The translations under genes were made by a program, and so were the position numbers. This document shows positions 19,623 through 29,971 of a stretch of DNA of 64,000 nt, piece by piece. The stretch lies in assembly GCA_020249045.1 (NCBI GenBank), contig JADCGK010000015.1:4944-68943 (forward strand). The letters are read 5' to 3'. Every line of letters starts with the position of its first letter. Position 1 is the stretch's first letter. The notes under the pieces are model-generated. The model was not told the origin of the DNA. It searched no databases and saw nothing but the letters and a program-made list of their open reading frames with translations. This DNA is from Azospirillum sp. GTDB taxonomy: Bacteria > Pseudomonadota > Alphaproteobacteria > CACIAM-22H2.

Positions 19623-20524
19623 ACGAGGTTGCGCGAGAACCAGACTTCCAAACGCCGCCAACCGTCGCGCGCCGCGGCTTCGCGGTAGCTCGGGCGGTAA
19701 TCGGCGTGGAAGGCGTGGGGCATATCCGGATACAGCACGATTTCCGAGCGCTTGCCGGCGTCGCGCAACGCGGTGCGCATGCGCTCGACCGTTTCGTTGG
19801 GAATGCCCTGGTCGGCGGCGCCGTAAAGCCCCAGGATCGGCGCGTCGATATTCGCCACGACGTCGAGCGGATGGCGCGTGCGGAACTCGTTGGTCGGACC
19901 CGTCAGCACGCCGTACCACGCGACGCCCGCGCGCAGATTGCGGTTGTGGGCGGCGTAAAGCCATACGATACGCCCACCCCAGCAAAAACCGGTGATCCCG
20001 AGGCGCGCGGTTTCCCCGCGGCCGACGTTCCCGCCGGCCCAGGCCACGGTCGCGTCGATGTCGGACATCACTTGCGCGTCGCCGACGCGCGCGACGATGT
20101 CGCGTTGGATGGTCGGAATGTCCGGTGCGGCGGCCGGATTGCCTTGCCGGAAATAAAGCTCGGGCGCGACGGCGAGATAGCCGATCTTGGCCAAGCGGCG
20201 GCACGTGTCCTTGATGTATTCGTGCACGCCGAGGATTTCCTGCACGACGATCACGGTCGCGAATTTGGAACCCTGGGCGGGCCGCGCGTAATAGGCGGGC
20301 ATCGTGCGGCCGTCGGCCGTGCGCACGTCGACCATGCCGTCGGCGAGACCTTGCGTGTCGGTGCGGATCGCGGTCTGCGCCTGCACGGGGCCGGCGGCCA
20401 ACGCGTAGCCGGTTGCGAGCGAGGCGCCCGCAAGGAACCCGCGGCGGCCGACCGGCGACGGGTCGGGCAGCAGGGACTTCTTTTCGTCGAGCAACGCGGC
20501 GGGGATCAGATCGTCGGCGGTCAT
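19619..20524 (-). CDS. Dienelactone hydrolase family protein (Tat-exported)
   Basis: A twin-arginine signal RRGFLAGASLATGYALAAGP. The nucleophile elbow GFCWGG marks DLH family resemblance. Confidence 0.85.
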   Translation of the reverse strand: MTADDLIPAALLDEKKSLLPDPSPVGRRGFLAGASLATGYALAAGPVQAQTAIRTDTQGLADGMVDVRTADGRTMPAYYARPAQGSKFATVIVVQEILGVHEYIKDTCRRLAKIGYLAVAPELYFRQGNPAAAPDIPTIQRDIVARVGDAQVMSDIDATVAWAGGNVGRGETARLGITGFCWGGRIVWLYAAHNRNLRAGVAWYGVLTGPTNEFRTRHPLDVVANIDAPILGLYGAADQGIPNETVERMRTALRDAGKRSEIVLYPDMPHAFHADYRPSYREAAARDGWRRLEVWFSRNLV

Positions 20525-20555
20525 GGGAAATACGCGCTCCGGTTGGGGGGAGGAA

Positions 20556-22160
20556 TCAGCGCGTGACGATACGCCCGTCCAGGCCGATGCGCACGGGATT
20601 GTTCGTACGGATGTATTCGGCCAACGCGTCGTCGAGCCCCGGCCCGAAATCGTACGGGTCGATCGCGCGGTCGCGGAGCACCGTGTATCCGTCGCCGCCC
20701 CGACGCATGAAGTCGTTCGTGGCGATCGTGTAGATCGCGTCGGGATCGAGGGGCCCGTATCCGCCGTCGGGCCGGCGCAACTCGACCGAAATCACGCGGG
20801 CGCCTGCGGGCCGTGCGCGGTCCCAGGTATAGCGCACGCCCGCGACCTGCGGGAAACGGCCGGCCCCCTGTTCGACCTGGCTCAACCCGCTCTCCAGCGC
20901 CGCGACGAAATCTCGGCCGCGCAGCTTCAACGTGGCCACCGCGTTTTGGAAGGGCAGCGTCGTCAGCACGTGGCCGAGGGTGACGTTACCGGCGGGAATG
21001 CCCGCGCGCAGGCCGCCGCCGTTCTGAAGCGCGATTTGCGCGCCCGCCTGGCGCGTGGCGGCGAGCATCGCCTCGGCCACCAGATTGCCGAGCGCGCATT
21101 CGCGCGCGCGACAGCCCTCCAACGGAAATTCGGCCGGCGTGACGCCCACGGGCCGCGCGCGCACCTCGACCAGCGGCGCGTCCAGCCGGTCGATCGCCGC
21201 CTGGATCGCGGCGTTGGGCGCGATGGATTGGACGACCGGAATCGTGTCGCCTTCGGCGCGGATCACATTGCCGGTGGCGTCGAAATCGACGTCCAAGCGG
21301 CCCACGAAGCGCGTGAACGCCATCGCCTGGACGATCAGCACCTCGCGGCCGGAGGGGCCGCGCACGCGCACGGGATAGGGCCCCTCGGCCCCTTGCGCGG
21401 TGTTGGACAGCAGCGTGTGCGAATGCCCGCCGACGACGACGTCGATTCCGTCGACCGCCGCCGCGACCTCGCGATCGCGCGCCAGGCCCAGATGCGACAG
21501 CAGCACGACGTGCGACACGCCCTCGGCGCGCAAGCGCGCGATCAACGGGTTCAGCACGGTCTCGGCGCGCGGGAAGGCCACGCGCGGTCCGGGCGAGGCG
21601 ATCGAGGGCGTGTCCTCGGTCGTCGCGCCGATGATCGCGATCCGGTGCCCGCCGCGCGACAGCACGACGTGACTGCGATAAAGGCCGCGCAACGCGGGCT
21701 CGGCGTCGGCGTTCACGTTGGCGGAGAGGACCGGCACGCGCACGGTGCGCAGGAACCGCGCGAGGACTTCGGGGCCATCGTCGAATTCGTGGTTGCCCAA
21801 GGCCATCGCGTCGTAGGCCATCAGGTTCATGACCTCGGCCTCGGCCGCCCCCTTGTAATGCGAATAGAACAGCGAGCCCTGGAACTGGTCGCCGGCGTCG
21901 AGCACGAGAATCTGCCGACCGGCGGCCGCGGCGGCCGCCCGTTCGCGTTCGATCAACGCCGCCACGCGCGCCATGCCGCCGAAACACTGGTTCTGGGCGA
22001 GTTGCTGGGCCGAACAGGTGTTGTTCTGCGCGGAGACCGGCTGCAGGCGCGAGTGAACGTCGTTGTTGTGCAGGATGGTCAAGCGCAGCGGCTCGGGCGG
22101 CGCGCACGCCGCCGACAACGCCAAAACCGCACCCGCGAAAACGAACCGCAACGACCGCAT
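20556..22160 (-). CDS. Bifunctional metallophosphatase / 5'-nucleotidase (UshA-like) lipoprotein
   Basis: A lipobox LALSAAC, the calcineurin-like motifs (…ILHNNDVHSRL…, …GNHEFD…, …GGHSH…) and a C-terminal 5'-nucleotidase domain. Confidence 0.85.
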   Translation of the reverse strand: MRSLRFVFAGAVLALSAACAPPEPLRLTILHNNDVHSRLQPVSAQNNTCSAQQLAQNQCFGGMARVAALIERERAAAAAAGRQILVLDAGDQFQGSLFYSHYKGAAEAEVMNLMAYDAMALGNHEFDDGPEVLARFLRTVRVPVLSANVNADAEPALRGLYRSHVVLSRGGHRIAIIGATTEDTPSIASPGPRVAFPRAETVLNPLIARLRAEGVSHVVLLSHLGLARDREVAAAVDGIDVVVGGHSHTLLSNTAQGAEGPYPVRVRGPSGREVLIVQAMAFTRFVGRLDVDFDATGNVIRAEGDTIPVVQSIAPNAAIQAAIDRLDAPLVEVRARPVGVTPAEFPLEGCRARECALGNLVAEAMLAATRQAGAQIALQNGGGLRAGIPAGNVTLGHVLTTLPFQNAVATLKLRGRDFVAALESGLSQVEQGAGRFPQVAGVRYTWDRARPAGARVISVELRRPDGGYGPLDPDAIYTIATNDFMRRGGDGYTVLRDRAIDPYDFGPGLDDALAEYIRTNNPVRIGLDGRIVTR

Positions 22161-22222
22161 CTACGCCTCCCTCGAACGAAGGAGGCGAGCCTAACAGCCC
22201 CGGAAACGGAGTCCAGCCGAGC

Positions 22223-22843
22223 TTAAGCCTCGGACGCGCCCGCGCCCTTGGCGGCCGCATCGGAGGCCGCCGCGGCCTTCGCCGCGCGCCGCGCCGCGCG
22301 TTCCTGTTCCTTGCGCGCGCGTTCGGCGGCGCGCGCCGCACGGCCGATGGCCTCGTCGAGCGCGTCCTGGCTGCACAAGCCCAGCACGACCGGGTTGGTC
22401 GGCTTGATGTTGGCCATGTCGAAATGGGTGCGGTCGCGGATCTTTTGGATCGTCGGCTTGGTCGTGCCGACCAGACGGCCGATTTGGGCGTCGGTCAGTT
22501 CGGCGTGGTGGCGCAACAGCCAGGCGATCGCCGCCGGACGATCCTGCCGCTTGGAGACAGGCGTGTAGCGCGCGCCGCGCGTGCGTTGGATCGGCGAGGG
22601 CAAATCGGCCGCGAGCATTTCGAGCTTGGCGTCGCGGTCCTTCTCGCAACGCTCGATCTCCGCGCGCGTCAGCTGGTTGTTGGCGATCGGGTCGAGCCCG
22701 ACGATGCCGATCGCGACCTCGCCGTCGGCGATGCCTTGGATTTCGAGCGGATGCATGCCGCAGAACTCGGCGATCTGCTCGAAGCTCAGGGCGGTGTTCT
22801 CGACCAGCCACACGGCGGTGGCTTTGGGCATCAACAGCGACAT
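22223..22843 (-). CDS. DUF1013-family protein (cell-cycle-associated conserved alphaproteobacterial protein)
   Basis: MSLLMPKATAVWLVENTALSFEQIAEFCGMHPLEIQGIADGE… is the DUF1013 signature. I used the internal start rather than the longer track ORF. Confidence 0.75.
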   Translation of the reverse strand: MSLLMPKATAVWLVENTALSFEQIAEFCGMHPLEIQGIADGEVAIGIVGLDPIANNQLTRAEIERCEKDRDAKLEMLAADLPSPIQRTRGARYTPVSKRQDRPAAIAWLLRHHAELTDAQIGRLVGTTKPTIQKIRDRTHFDMANIKPTNPVVLGLCSQDALDEAIGRAARAAERARKEQERAARRAAKAAAASDAAAKGAGASEA

Positions 22844-23009
22844 GGTGCGCACTCCGTTTCGACGCGAAACGGCAGGCTGTTTCCCATGGCGAGGAAACAT
22901 CGGTACCGTTCCGGATTGTCCGAATGCACGCACTTATATAGGCTTGCGCCCGCGCGGTCAAAACGCGCGCGACACGCAGCGAAACCCATTCGGGGCCAAC
23001 GACTTACCG

Positions 23010-23636
23010 ATGCCCGACCTGACGCGCGAACGGCGGATCGCGGGGCCCGTGGCGGGGGTGGACGAAGCCGGCCGCGGCCCGTTGGCGGGGCCCGTGCTCG
23101 CCGCCGCCTTGGTTTTCCGCGACGCCAAGCTCCCGCGCACGCTGGAAGGATTGATCGACGATTCCAAAAAGCTGAGTGCGGCGGCGCGCGCGCGCGCCTT
23201 CGACGAAATCCGCGCCCAGAAGCTCGTCGGCACGCTCGACTTCGCGATCGCCGCGGCGAGCGTGGCGGAGATCGACGCGCGCAACATCCTCGCGGCCACG
23301 CATTTGGCCATGACCCGAGCGCTCGCCCGGCTGCGCGTGCGGCCCGCGCACGCGCTGATCGACGGCAATCGCGCGCCCAAGGGGTTGGCGCTCGCGCATA
23401 CTTGCGTGGTCGGCGGCGACGCGCGAAGCCTGTCGATCGCCGCGGCATCGATCTGCGCCAAAGTCGTCCGCGACCGGATCATGGCACGCCTCGACGCGCG
23501 CTATCCGCACTACGGCTGGGCGTCCAACAAAGGCTATGGCGCCAAAGCGCACATCGAATCCCTTGTGGTCCACGGACCGTCGCCCCACCACCGATTGAGT
23601 TTTGCGCCCCTCGCGCAGGGCCGTCTAAGCCTTTGA
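23010..23636 (+). CDS. rnhB: Ribonuclease HII
   Basis: …GVDEAGRGPLAGPV… and …LIDDSKKLS… are RNase HII catalytic motifs, in a 208-aa protein. Confidence 0.9.
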   Translation: MPDLTRERRIAGPVAGVDEAGRGPLAGPVLAAALVFRDAKLPRTLEGLIDDSKKLSAAARARAFDEIRAQKLVGTLDFAIAAASVAEIDARNILAATHLAMTRALARLRVRPAHALIDGNRAPKGLALAHTCVVGGDARSLSIAAASICAKVVRDRIMARLDARYPHYGWASNKGYGAKAHIESLVVHGPSPHHRLSFAPLAQGRLSL

Positions 23637-23652
23637 TTCGTTTATCTGTTGA

Positions 23653-24789
<1,137 letters not shown>

Positions 24790-24826
24790 CGGGCCCCGCC
24801 CGTCCGCACGAAGGTCGAAGAACGAC

Positions 24827-25192
24827 ATGCCCGAGCCCCGCCTCCCCTCGACCGCCCGCGGCCGCGACCAAGCCCGCGTGCGCGCGATCTTCATCCTGTC
24901 GAAATCGGTGGCCGAGTTGCTGGGGCCGGACCATCACGTGGCGCGCGCGGTGCGCACGGCGGCCGACGACGAGAACGCGTTCAACTTCGAACTCGCCCGC
25001 ACGGCGTTCGACCGTCTGCCGGGCGCCACGCGCAAGCGCATCCGTACCCACGCCGAATCCGAAGCGGAACGCTACGCCGACGCGATCGGCCTCAAGGCCA
25101 TCCTGCGCAAGCTGCCGACGGACCAGCCGATCGGCCTCGAAATGATCTGGCCGCAATCGGGCTCGACGCCCGCGCGCCGGCGCGATTCCTGA
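24827..25192 (+). CDS. Hypothetical protein
   Basis: A 121-aa ORF with an RBS-like AAGG upstream, ending convergent to the rpiR-type gene. No recognisable motif. Confidence 0.4.
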   Translation: MPEPRLPSTARGRDQARVRAIFILSKSVAELLGPDHHVARAVRTAADDENAFNFELARTAFDRLPGATRKRIRTHAESEAERYADAIGLKAILRKLPTDQPIGLEMIWPQSGSTPARRRDS

Positions 25193-25195
25193 ACG

Positions 25196-26080
25196 TCAGA
25201 AGCGTTTGAGCGACAGCACTTCGAACGTCTTGCGCAAGGCGCCGTCGGCCTTGTCGCGGCGGGCCAGCGCCATGCGCGCGATCAGCGCATCGACGATACC
25301 CAGTTGCGCGATGCGGCTCGTCATCGCTTCCGTCCGGTAGCGCGTCTCCTTGGCCATCGTGCTCAGCACGATGTCCGCATGGTTCTGCAGCGGCGAACGG
25401 CCGAAATTGGTGATGCAGATCGTCGTGGCGCCGGCCTCCTTGGCCAAACGCGTCGCGGTCACGGTTTCCAGCGTGCTGCCCGAATGCGACACGGTCAGCA
25501 CGGCGACGTTCGGCCCCGTAAGCGACGCGGCGATCGCCTGGATGTGCGAATCGACCGCCAGACGGCAATCCAAACCGATCCGCAGCATGCGGTAGTGCGC
25601 GTCCTCGGCGATCGAGGCGGCGCTGCCGATGCCATAGATCTCGATGCGCTTGGCCGCGAGCATGGCGCCCACGGCGCGTTCCAGCGCCGCGGGATCGAGC
25701 ACGCGCAGCGTATCGCGGAGCGCCTGCATGCCGCTGGCGAAGATCTTTTCGATGACTTGTGCCGCGCCGTCCCCGGGTTCGAGATCCTCGTGGATGAACT
25801 GCACCGGTTCGACCAAATCCTGGGCGATCGCGATCTTCAGGTGTTGGAACCCGTTGGCGCCGAGATGACGGCACAGATTGATCACGCTGCCTTCGCTCGC
25901 CCCCACCCTCTCGGCGACCTCGGTGACGGACATGTGCACGACTTCGGCCGCGTTGTCCGCGAGGAAGGCGGCGATCCGCCCGGCGGTCGGCGACAAGTCC
26001 GCGCGCAGCGAACGCAAGCGCTCGCGAATGCCGTCCAGCGCCGGCGCGCGCCGGGCGGGCGATTTCGCCCGGCGGGTCAT
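25196..26080 (-). CDS. MurR/RpiR-family transcriptional regulator (HTH_6 + SIS)
   Basis: An N-terminal HTH (…TVTEVAERVGASEGSVINLCRHLG…) and a C-terminal SIS domain. I used the internal start, since the longer ORF overlaps the upstream gene. Confidence 0.8.
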   Translation of the reverse strand: MTRRAKSPARRAPALDGIRERLRSLRADLSPTAGRIAAFLADNAAEVVHMSVTEVAERVGASEGSVINLCRHLGANGFQHLKIAIAQDLVEPVQFIHEDLEPGDGAAQVIEKIFASGMQALRDTLRVLDPAALERAVGAMLAAKRIEIYGIGSAASIAEDAHYRMLRIGLDCRLAVDSHIQAIAASLTGPNVAVLTVSHSGSTLETVTATRLAKEAGATTICITNFGRSPLQNHADIVLSTMAKETRYRTEAMTSRIAQLGIVDALIARMALARRDKADGALRKTFEVLSLKRF

Positions 26081-26868
26081 TTCGCCGCCATCGTCGCGGA
26101 GGTGTGGAGCAATCGGGTCTCGACCAAAAACGAGGCGAGATCCGGCCATCCGAGCTGTGCGTCCACGCCGACGAGGGCGCACGCCATACCGAGCGCGCGC
26201 GCACCGCGCCCGTCGGTATCCGGATTGTCACCGACCACCAGCGTTCGATCCACTGTCGCGCCCAACGCCGAAAGCGCGCGGACGAACAGCTCGGGCTCGG
26301 GTTTGCCGATCACCCGATAACGAACATCGCCCGCGCACGCCAGCAAGGCCGCGAGCATCGCACCGGTTTCCGGCACGCGCCGCGCGTCCGGACCGGGGTG
26401 CCAAAGATCCGGATTGGCGACGATCAGCTCGGCGCCCGCGCGCACCGCATCGGCAGCGACGCCGATCCGCGCGAGATCGACCGCCGGATCGCGCGTCGCC
26501 AACACGAACGCCGGCGCGTCGTCGGTCGAAACCAGACCGCGCGCGCCCGCGCGCGACGCATCGCCGCCGAGCGTCATGACCCGCGCGCCGGGCCGCGTCG
26601 CGGCGATCCAATCGAGCGCGACCTCGCCCGCGAGCACCACACGCGAAGCCGGGACTTCGATGCCCAACCGCGCCAACCGCACCGCGACCTCGCGCGCCGA
26701 ATCGACCGAATTGTTGGACACGATCGCGCAACGCGGTCCCAGCGCGCGCACCAGCGCGCCCGCACCCTCCACCGCCGCCTCGCCGCGCACAAGCGTGCCG
26801 TCGAGGTCGAGCAGAACGAAGGGGGCGGGGGTTCGCGCCAGGAAATGGAGCGTCGCTTCGCGGGACAT
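26077..26868 (-). CDS. HAD-superfamily hydrolase, subfamily IIA (NagD-like)
   Basis: A DLDGT motif I (…FVLLDLDGTLVRG…) and the C-terminal motifs …GKPEP… and …VGDNPDTD…. Confidence 0.8.
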   Translation of the reverse strand: MSREATLHFLARTPAPFVLLDLDGTLVRGEAAVEGAGALVRALGPRCAIVSNNSVDSAREVAVRLARLGIEVPASRVVLAGEVALDWIAATRPGARVMTLGGDASRAGARGLVSTDDAPAFVLATRDPAVDLARIGVAADAVRAGAELIVANPDLWHPGPDARRVPETGAMLAALLACAGDVRYRVIGKPEPELFVRALSALGATVDRTLVVGDNPDTDGRGARALGMACALVGVDAQLGWPDLASFLVETRLLHTSATMAAK

Positions 26869-26927
26869 GACGGTCTATGTAGCGTCGAATTGAGATTTTC
26901 TCAATACGGCTCTTTGCGTACTGAGGG

Positions 26928-28175
26928 ATGTTCATCAAGCCGTCACGAAGCCCCGATACAACGGCGGCATTCGCGACGGAGGACTCCGCTTTGGCCGAAA
27001 TTGTGATCGACGGTTTGATCAAGTCGTTCGGCGCCACACCCGTTCTGCGGGACGTATCGCTGCGTGTGGCGGACGGTGAGTTCGTCTCGCTGCTGGGACC
27101 CTCGGGGTGCGGAAAGACGACGCTCTTGCGGATCGTCGCGGGACTAGAAACGCAGGACGCCGGCACGGTGCGGATCGGCGCGCGCGCGGTCGACGACCTC
27201 GCACCGAAGGCGCGCGACGTGGCGATGGTATTCCAATCCTACGCGCTCTATCCCTACATGACGGTCGCCGAGAACATCGGCCTGCCGCTTCAGATGCGCC
27301 GTCTTTCGCGCGCGCAGCGGCTGCCTCTCATCGGCGCATCGTTGCCGGGAACGCGCGCCATCCGTGCCGACATCGAGGCCGAAATCGTCAAGACCGCCGA
27401 GGGTCTGGGGATCGGTCATCTGCTTGATCGCCGTCCCGGTCAACTGTCCGGCGGGCAGCGGCAACGCGTGGCGCTCGCCCGCGCGATGGTGCGCCATCCG
27501 GCGGCGTTCTTGATGGACGAGCCGCTTTCCAATCTCGATGCCAAGCTTCGCGTGAAGGCGCGCGCCGAGATCGCGGGCCTGCATCGCCGTCTCGGCGCCA
27601 CGTTCGTCTACGTGACGCATGACCAAACCGAGGCGATGACGATGTCCGACCGCGTGGCGGTGATGATGGAGGGACGGATCGCCCAGTTCGCTGCGCCGCA
27701 GACGCTCTACGACGACCCCGAGACCTTGGCGGTGGCCGCCTTCATCGGCGCACCCGAGATCAACGTGCTGCCCGCCAAACGCCGCGGGGACGGCGCAGTC
27801 GAGGTCGCCGGCGCAGTTTGGTCGGCGGCGTTGCCCGACGCCGGCGGCGCTGAGCTACACGCGGGCGTGCGTCCGGAATCCTGGCGGATCGCGCCGCGCG
27901 CCGCGCACGCGGACCCGGCATGGCTCGCGGCCGAAGTACGGCACATCGAGCATCTCGGTTCCGAGACGCTGATCCACTGCGCCTTGGCGCGGGGCGGTCA
28001 TGCGGTCGTTGCCCGGGTCGAACCCGCCTTGGCGGCGGGGTTCCGCGCGGGCGACGGCGCGAGCCTGGCGCCGGATACGACCAAGGTCCTTTACTTCGGC
28101 GCCGACGGGGCGCGTTTGCGCGGCGCACGTCCGATGGCGGCGCGCATCCAGCCGGCTTTGGCGCATCATGGTTGA
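26928..28175 (+). CDS. ABC transporter ATP-binding protein, sugar/UgpC-MalK type
   Basis: A Walker A (GPSGCGKTT), the signature LSGGQRQRVALARA, Walker B (FLMDEPLSNLD) and a C-terminal TOBE-like domain. The start is approximate. Confidence 0.85.
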   Translation: MFIKPSRSPDTTAAFATEDSALAEIVIDGLIKSFGATPVLRDVSLRVADGEFVSLLGPSGCGKTTLLRIVAGLETQDAGTVRIGARAVDDLAPKARDVAMVFQSYALYPYMTVAENIGLPLQMRRLSRAQRLPLIGASLPGTRAIRADIEAEIVKTAEGLGIGHLLDRRPGQLSGGQRQRVALARAMVRHPAAFLMDEPLSNLDAKLRVKARAEIAGLHRRLGATFVYVTHDQTEAMTMSDRVAVMMEGRIAQFAAPQTLYDDPETLAVAAFIGAPEINVLPAKRRGDGAVEVAGAVWSAALPDAGGAELHAGVRPESWRIAPRAAHADPAWLAAEVRHIEHLGSETLIHCALARGGHAVVARVEPALAAGFRAGDGASLAPDTTKVLYFGADGARLRGARPMAARIQPALAHHG

Positions 28176-29094
28176 CGCCGCCTTCCCATCCGCGCGCCCG
28201 CGCCCGTCGCGCCGGGCCGGCGCAGCGTTGGAGGCCGCAGCCGCTTGGACGCTCGCGGGACCGGCGGTGGCCTTGATGTGGACGATGCTGCTGGGACCCG
28301 CGCTCGCGGTGGTCGGCCTGTCGCTGACCGACTGGGAATTCGGCATGCCCACGATCGGCTGGGCGGGGCTCGACAACTACTTCGAGATGGCCGGCGATCG
28401 CGTCTTCTGGGTCACCTTGCGCAATACGCTCGTCTATGTCGCCTTCGTGGTGCCGTTGTCGGTTTTCTTGGGCCTCGGCGTCGCGCTGTTGATCGAGGCG
28501 GGTGCGACCTTGCGCGGATTCTACCGGGCCGCTTTCTTCTTGCCCGTGACGTCGACTTTGCTGGCGATGGCGTTGGTTTTCCAATTCGCTTTCCATCCCA
28601 GCGTCGGCGCGGTGAACCGGACGTTCGCGTGGCTCGGCCTGCCGACGACCGATTGGTTGCGCAATCCCGATACGGCGTTGTTCGCGCTTGGGGCGATCGG
28701 GATCTGGCAGGCCGTCGGCCTGTCGATGGTGCTTTTCCTTGCCGGGCTCAAGGCCATTCCGCGCGACCTTTACGAGTCGGCGGCGATCGACGGCGCCGAC
28801 GGCCCGTGGGAGCGCTTCCGCCGCGTGACCTGGCCGATGCTGGGGCCGGCCACGGTCTTTGTCGTGACGATCACCGCGATCCGGTCTTTCCAGGTTTTCG
28901 ACACGGTGGCGGTTCTCACCGACGGCGGCCCGAACAAGGCGACTAGCGTCCTGCTCTACCAGATGTACCAGGAGGGATTCTCCTTCCTGCGCTCGGCCTA
29001 CGCGGCGGCGCTGACTTGCGTCTTCCTCGGTTTCGTCCTGCTGCTGACGTGGCTGCAGGTGAAGCTGCTCGACCGCCGGACCCATTACGCGTGA
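28168..29094 (+). CDS. ABC transporter permease (UgpA/MalF-like)
   Basis: Multi-TM with an EAA-like loop (…AAIDGADGPWERFRRVTWPMLGP…). It overlaps the ATPase stop. Confidence 0.85.
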   Translation: MVDAAFPSARPRPSRRAGAALEAAAAWTLAGPAVALMWTMLLGPALAVVGLSLTDWEFGMPTIGWAGLDNYFEMAGDRVFWVTLRNTLVYVAFVVPLSVFLGLGVALLIEAGATLRGFYRAAFFLPVTSTLLAMALVFQFAFHPSVGAVNRTFAWLGLPTTDWLRNPDTALFALGAIGIWQAVGLSMVLFLAGLKAIPRDLYESAAIDGADGPWERFRRVTWPMLGPATVFVVTITAIRSFQVFDTVAVLTDGGPNKATSVLLYQMYQEGFSFLRSAYAAALTCVFLGFVLLLTWLQVKLLDRRTHYA

Positions 29095-29945
29095 TGGACC
29101 GCATGACCCGCCGCATGTCCCCAGCCGCTTTCGCCTTCGCCGCCTTTCGCCATGCGGTGCTCGGGCTCGGGTCGGTGTTGATGCTCGCACCATTCGTGCT
29201 GATGGTCGCGATCAGCCTCAAGCCGCCGGGCGAGATCTTCGCGCCGGTTTTCACCCTGCTGCCGGAAACGTGGGCGATCTGGGAGAACTACGGCGCGGCG
29301 TTCCAGCGCCAGCCGCTGGCGCGGTTCCTGTTCAACGGCTTCGCGATCACTTTCGCCATCTTCGCGCTGCAGGCGCTGACCGCCCTGCCGTGCGCGTACG
29401 CGCTCGCCAAACTGCGCTGGCGCGGCCGCGAGACGACGTTCGTGTTCGTGCTGCTCGGCCTGCTGATCCCGCCGCAAGTCACCGCGATCCCGCTCTACAT
29501 ACTCATGTGGCAACTCGGGATCCTCGACACCTACGCGGCCATCGTCATGCCCTCGGCAATTTCGGTCTTCGGGATATTCCTCATGCGTCAGTTTTTCCGC
29601 ACGGTGCCCGACGATCTGATTCATGCGGCGCGCTTGGACGGTCTCGGCGAATTCGCGATCGTATGGCGGATCATGCTGCCGACCGCGATCCCGGCGCTGA
29701 TCGCTTTCGGCATCCTGTCCTTCGTGTGGAATTGGAACGAGTTCTTCTGGCCGCTCATCGTGGTGCAGAGCGAGGAACTCGCCCCCCCGCCTTTGGGCAT
29801 CGTCTTCTTCGCCAATGCCGAGGCCGGTACCGCCTACGGACCCTTGATGGCGGCGGCGACGGTCGTCAACGCACCGCTCGTGCTCGCTTTCCTATTCGCC
29901 CAACGCTGGTTCATCGACGGCGTCACGATGACCGGCGTCAAGTAA
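29094..29945 (+). CDS. ABC transporter permease (UgpE/MalG-like)
   Basis: An EAA motif (…AARLDGLGEFAIVWRIMLPTAIPAL…). It overlaps the previous gene by 1 nt. Confidence 0.85.
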   Translation: MDRMTRRMSPAAFAFAAFRHAVLGLGSVLMLAPFVLMVAISLKPPGEIFAPVFTLLPETWAIWENYGAAFQRQPLARFLFNGFAITFAIFALQALTALPCAYALAKLRWRGRETTFVFVLLGLLIPPQVTAIPLYILMWQLGILDTYAAIVMPSAISVFGIFLMRQFFRTVPDDLIHAARLDGLGEFAIVWRIMLPTAIPALIAFGILSFVWNWNEFFWPLIVVQSEELAPPPLGIVFFANAEAGTAYGPLMAAATVVNAPLVLAFLFAQRWFIDGVTMTGVK

Positions 29946-29971
29946 CCCTGGCCCCTCCGGAGGACCCTCAG

